Shown here piece by piece: positions 63,212 through 64,000 of a stretch of DNA of 64,000 bases. The number at the start of each line of letters is the position of its first letter. Position 1 is the first letter of the stretch. This DNA comes from Alphaproteobacteria bacterium (GTDB lineage Bacteria > Pseudomonadota > Alphaproteobacteria > Rickettsiales > SXRF01), in assembly GCA_046344715.1 (NCBI GenBank), contig JBKDKX010000004.1, positions 30,892 to 94,891 of the forward strand, written 5' to 3'. The notes beneath the pieces are model-generated. The model had not been told where the DNA came from, did no database searches, and was given only the letters and a program-made list of their open reading frames with translations. The position numbers were made by a program, and so were the translations under genes.

Positions 63212-64000
63212 ATGACCAAGCCATTTACTATTGGCCTCATACAGATGCAGTACCCAGGAAGCCCGAAGGCAAGCCTGGATAAGGCTTGCAGCATGCTGGA
63301 ACAGGCAGCGAAACAGGGTGTGCAGGTGGCATGCCTGCCAGAGTTGTTCCTGACTGATTATTTCTGCCAGAAGCTGGACGCCAATGTGTTCAACCTTGCC
63401 GAGCCGGTGGACGGGCCTACCAACAAGGCACTGGCGGCTGTTGCCAAGAAAACCGGTATGGTGATTATCAGCTCGATTTTTGAAAAGGCCGCTTCAGGGC
63501 TTTATTACAACACAGCTGTCATTATTGAAAAAGATGGCAGCATTGCTGGTACATACCGCAAAATGCATATTCCGCATGACCCGCTATTTGAAGAAAAATA
63601 TTATTTCGCGCCCGGAGATCAGGGCTTCAAGATGCACAATACAAGCGCAGGGAAACTAGGCGCACTGGTGTGCTGGGATCAATGGTATCCGGAAGGCGCC
63701 CGCCTTACTGCCATGCAAGGCGCGGATGTACTATTTTACCCGACTGCCATTGGCTGGCACCCATCCGAAAAAGCCGAATGGGGCGAAACACAGGTGGATA
63801 ACTGGATCACCATCCAGCGTTCACATGCGATTGCCAACGGCGTGTATGTTGCTGCCGTAAACCGGATCGGCCATGAAGTAACAGTGGGTGACGGGCTTGA
63901 ATTCTTCGGCAATTCCTTCATCTGCGATCCGTATGGTCGCATCCTTACGCAGGCCAGCCATAATAAAGAAGAAATTATCACCGCCGTGGTTGACCCTGCG
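63212..64000 (+). CDS. aguB: N-carbamoylputrescine amidase (carbon-nitrogen hydrolase family); 3' end runs off the window
   Basis: Absent from ORF track because it is open-ended. Own translation: MTKPFTIGLIQMQYPGS...ACLPELFLTDYFC...YRKMHIPHDPLFEEKYYFAPGD...GALVCWDQWYPEGARL...YPTAIGW... (Glu-Lys-Cys triad context). Open to base 64000. Confidence 0.85.
   Translation, partial: MTKPFTIGLIQMQYPGSPKASLDKACSMLEQAAKQGVQVACLPELFLTDYFCQKLDANVFNLAEPVDGPTNKALAAVAKKTGMVIISSIFEKAASGLYYNTAVIIEKDGSIAGTYRKMHIPHDPLFEEKYYFAPGDQGFKMHNTSAGKLGALVCWDQWYPEGARLTAMQGADVLFYPTAIGWHPSEKAEWGETQVDNWITIQRSHAIANGVYVAAVNRIGHEVTVGDGLEFFGNSFICDPYGRILTQASHNKEEIITAVVDPA

Noticed and set aside
1-64000. Searched by eye for CRISPR arrays, rRNA, transposases, integrases, phage genes and toxin-antitoxin pairs
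   Set aside because: None seen. The only periodic arrays are the 7-nt unit elements, which are far too short for CRISPR. The tRNA-adjacent accessory segments carry no recombinase genes within the window.

Overview
The window looks like an alphaproteobacterial chromosome segment, judged from gene content and order. About 50 kb is housekeeping and about 14 kb is accessory.

Minus strand, bases 1-25.6 kb:
- One long conserved block: tig, clpP, clpX, hup, tRNA-Val, tRNA-Asp, a complete nuoA-N operon, birA, coaX and rnj. rnj is cut by the window start.
- The nuo operon carries six tightly coupled non-nuo ORFs: a DedA-family protein, a GNAT acetyltransferase, an exported protein and three small proteins.
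- Two orphan genes lie between nuoA and tRNA-Asp.

Bases 25.8-51 kb:
- An orphan protein with EF-hand-like loops, a small lipoprotein, tRNA-Leu, lon and an FkbM-type methyltransferase.
- purU, a DivL-like kinase homolog with Tyr in place of the phosphoacceptor His, ahcY, an L,D-transpeptidase and dxs.
- argF, argD, an ABC-2 permease, a small GNAT-like protein, a DUF457-type hydrolase and a BI-1 family protein.
- rpmI, rplT, pheS, pheT, an AlkA-like glycosylase, a beta-barrel outer membrane protein, purB and a HIT-family protein.

Bases 51.7-62.8 kb: the most unusual region. It is a compact 11-gene island immediately downstream of the 3' end of tRNA-Met. It combines:
- an adenylating enzyme, a carrier protein, an SDR and a NeuD-like acyltransferase;
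- a DegT aminotransferase and three methyltransferase-like genes;
- a beta-propeller protein and a FemAB-like GNAT;
- a SEC-C/TPR/GT41 (OGT-like) transferase.
I read it as a candidate uncharacterised glycan or protein-modification system.

The window ends in a partial N-carbamoylputrescine amidase gene.

Intergenic DNA is rich in small palindromic repeats of at least three kinds:
- inverted arrays of heptanucleotide repeats that begin exactly at TAG stop codons;
- GTCAT...ATGAC-bounded nested palindromes;
- a recurring CCCCGC(A)-N5-(T)GCGGGG hairpin.
One small palindrome sits in frame inside the glycosylase gene.

I saw no rRNA, CRISPR array, transposase, integrase or prophage genes. All protein family calls rest on motif recognition by eye and were not checked against databases.
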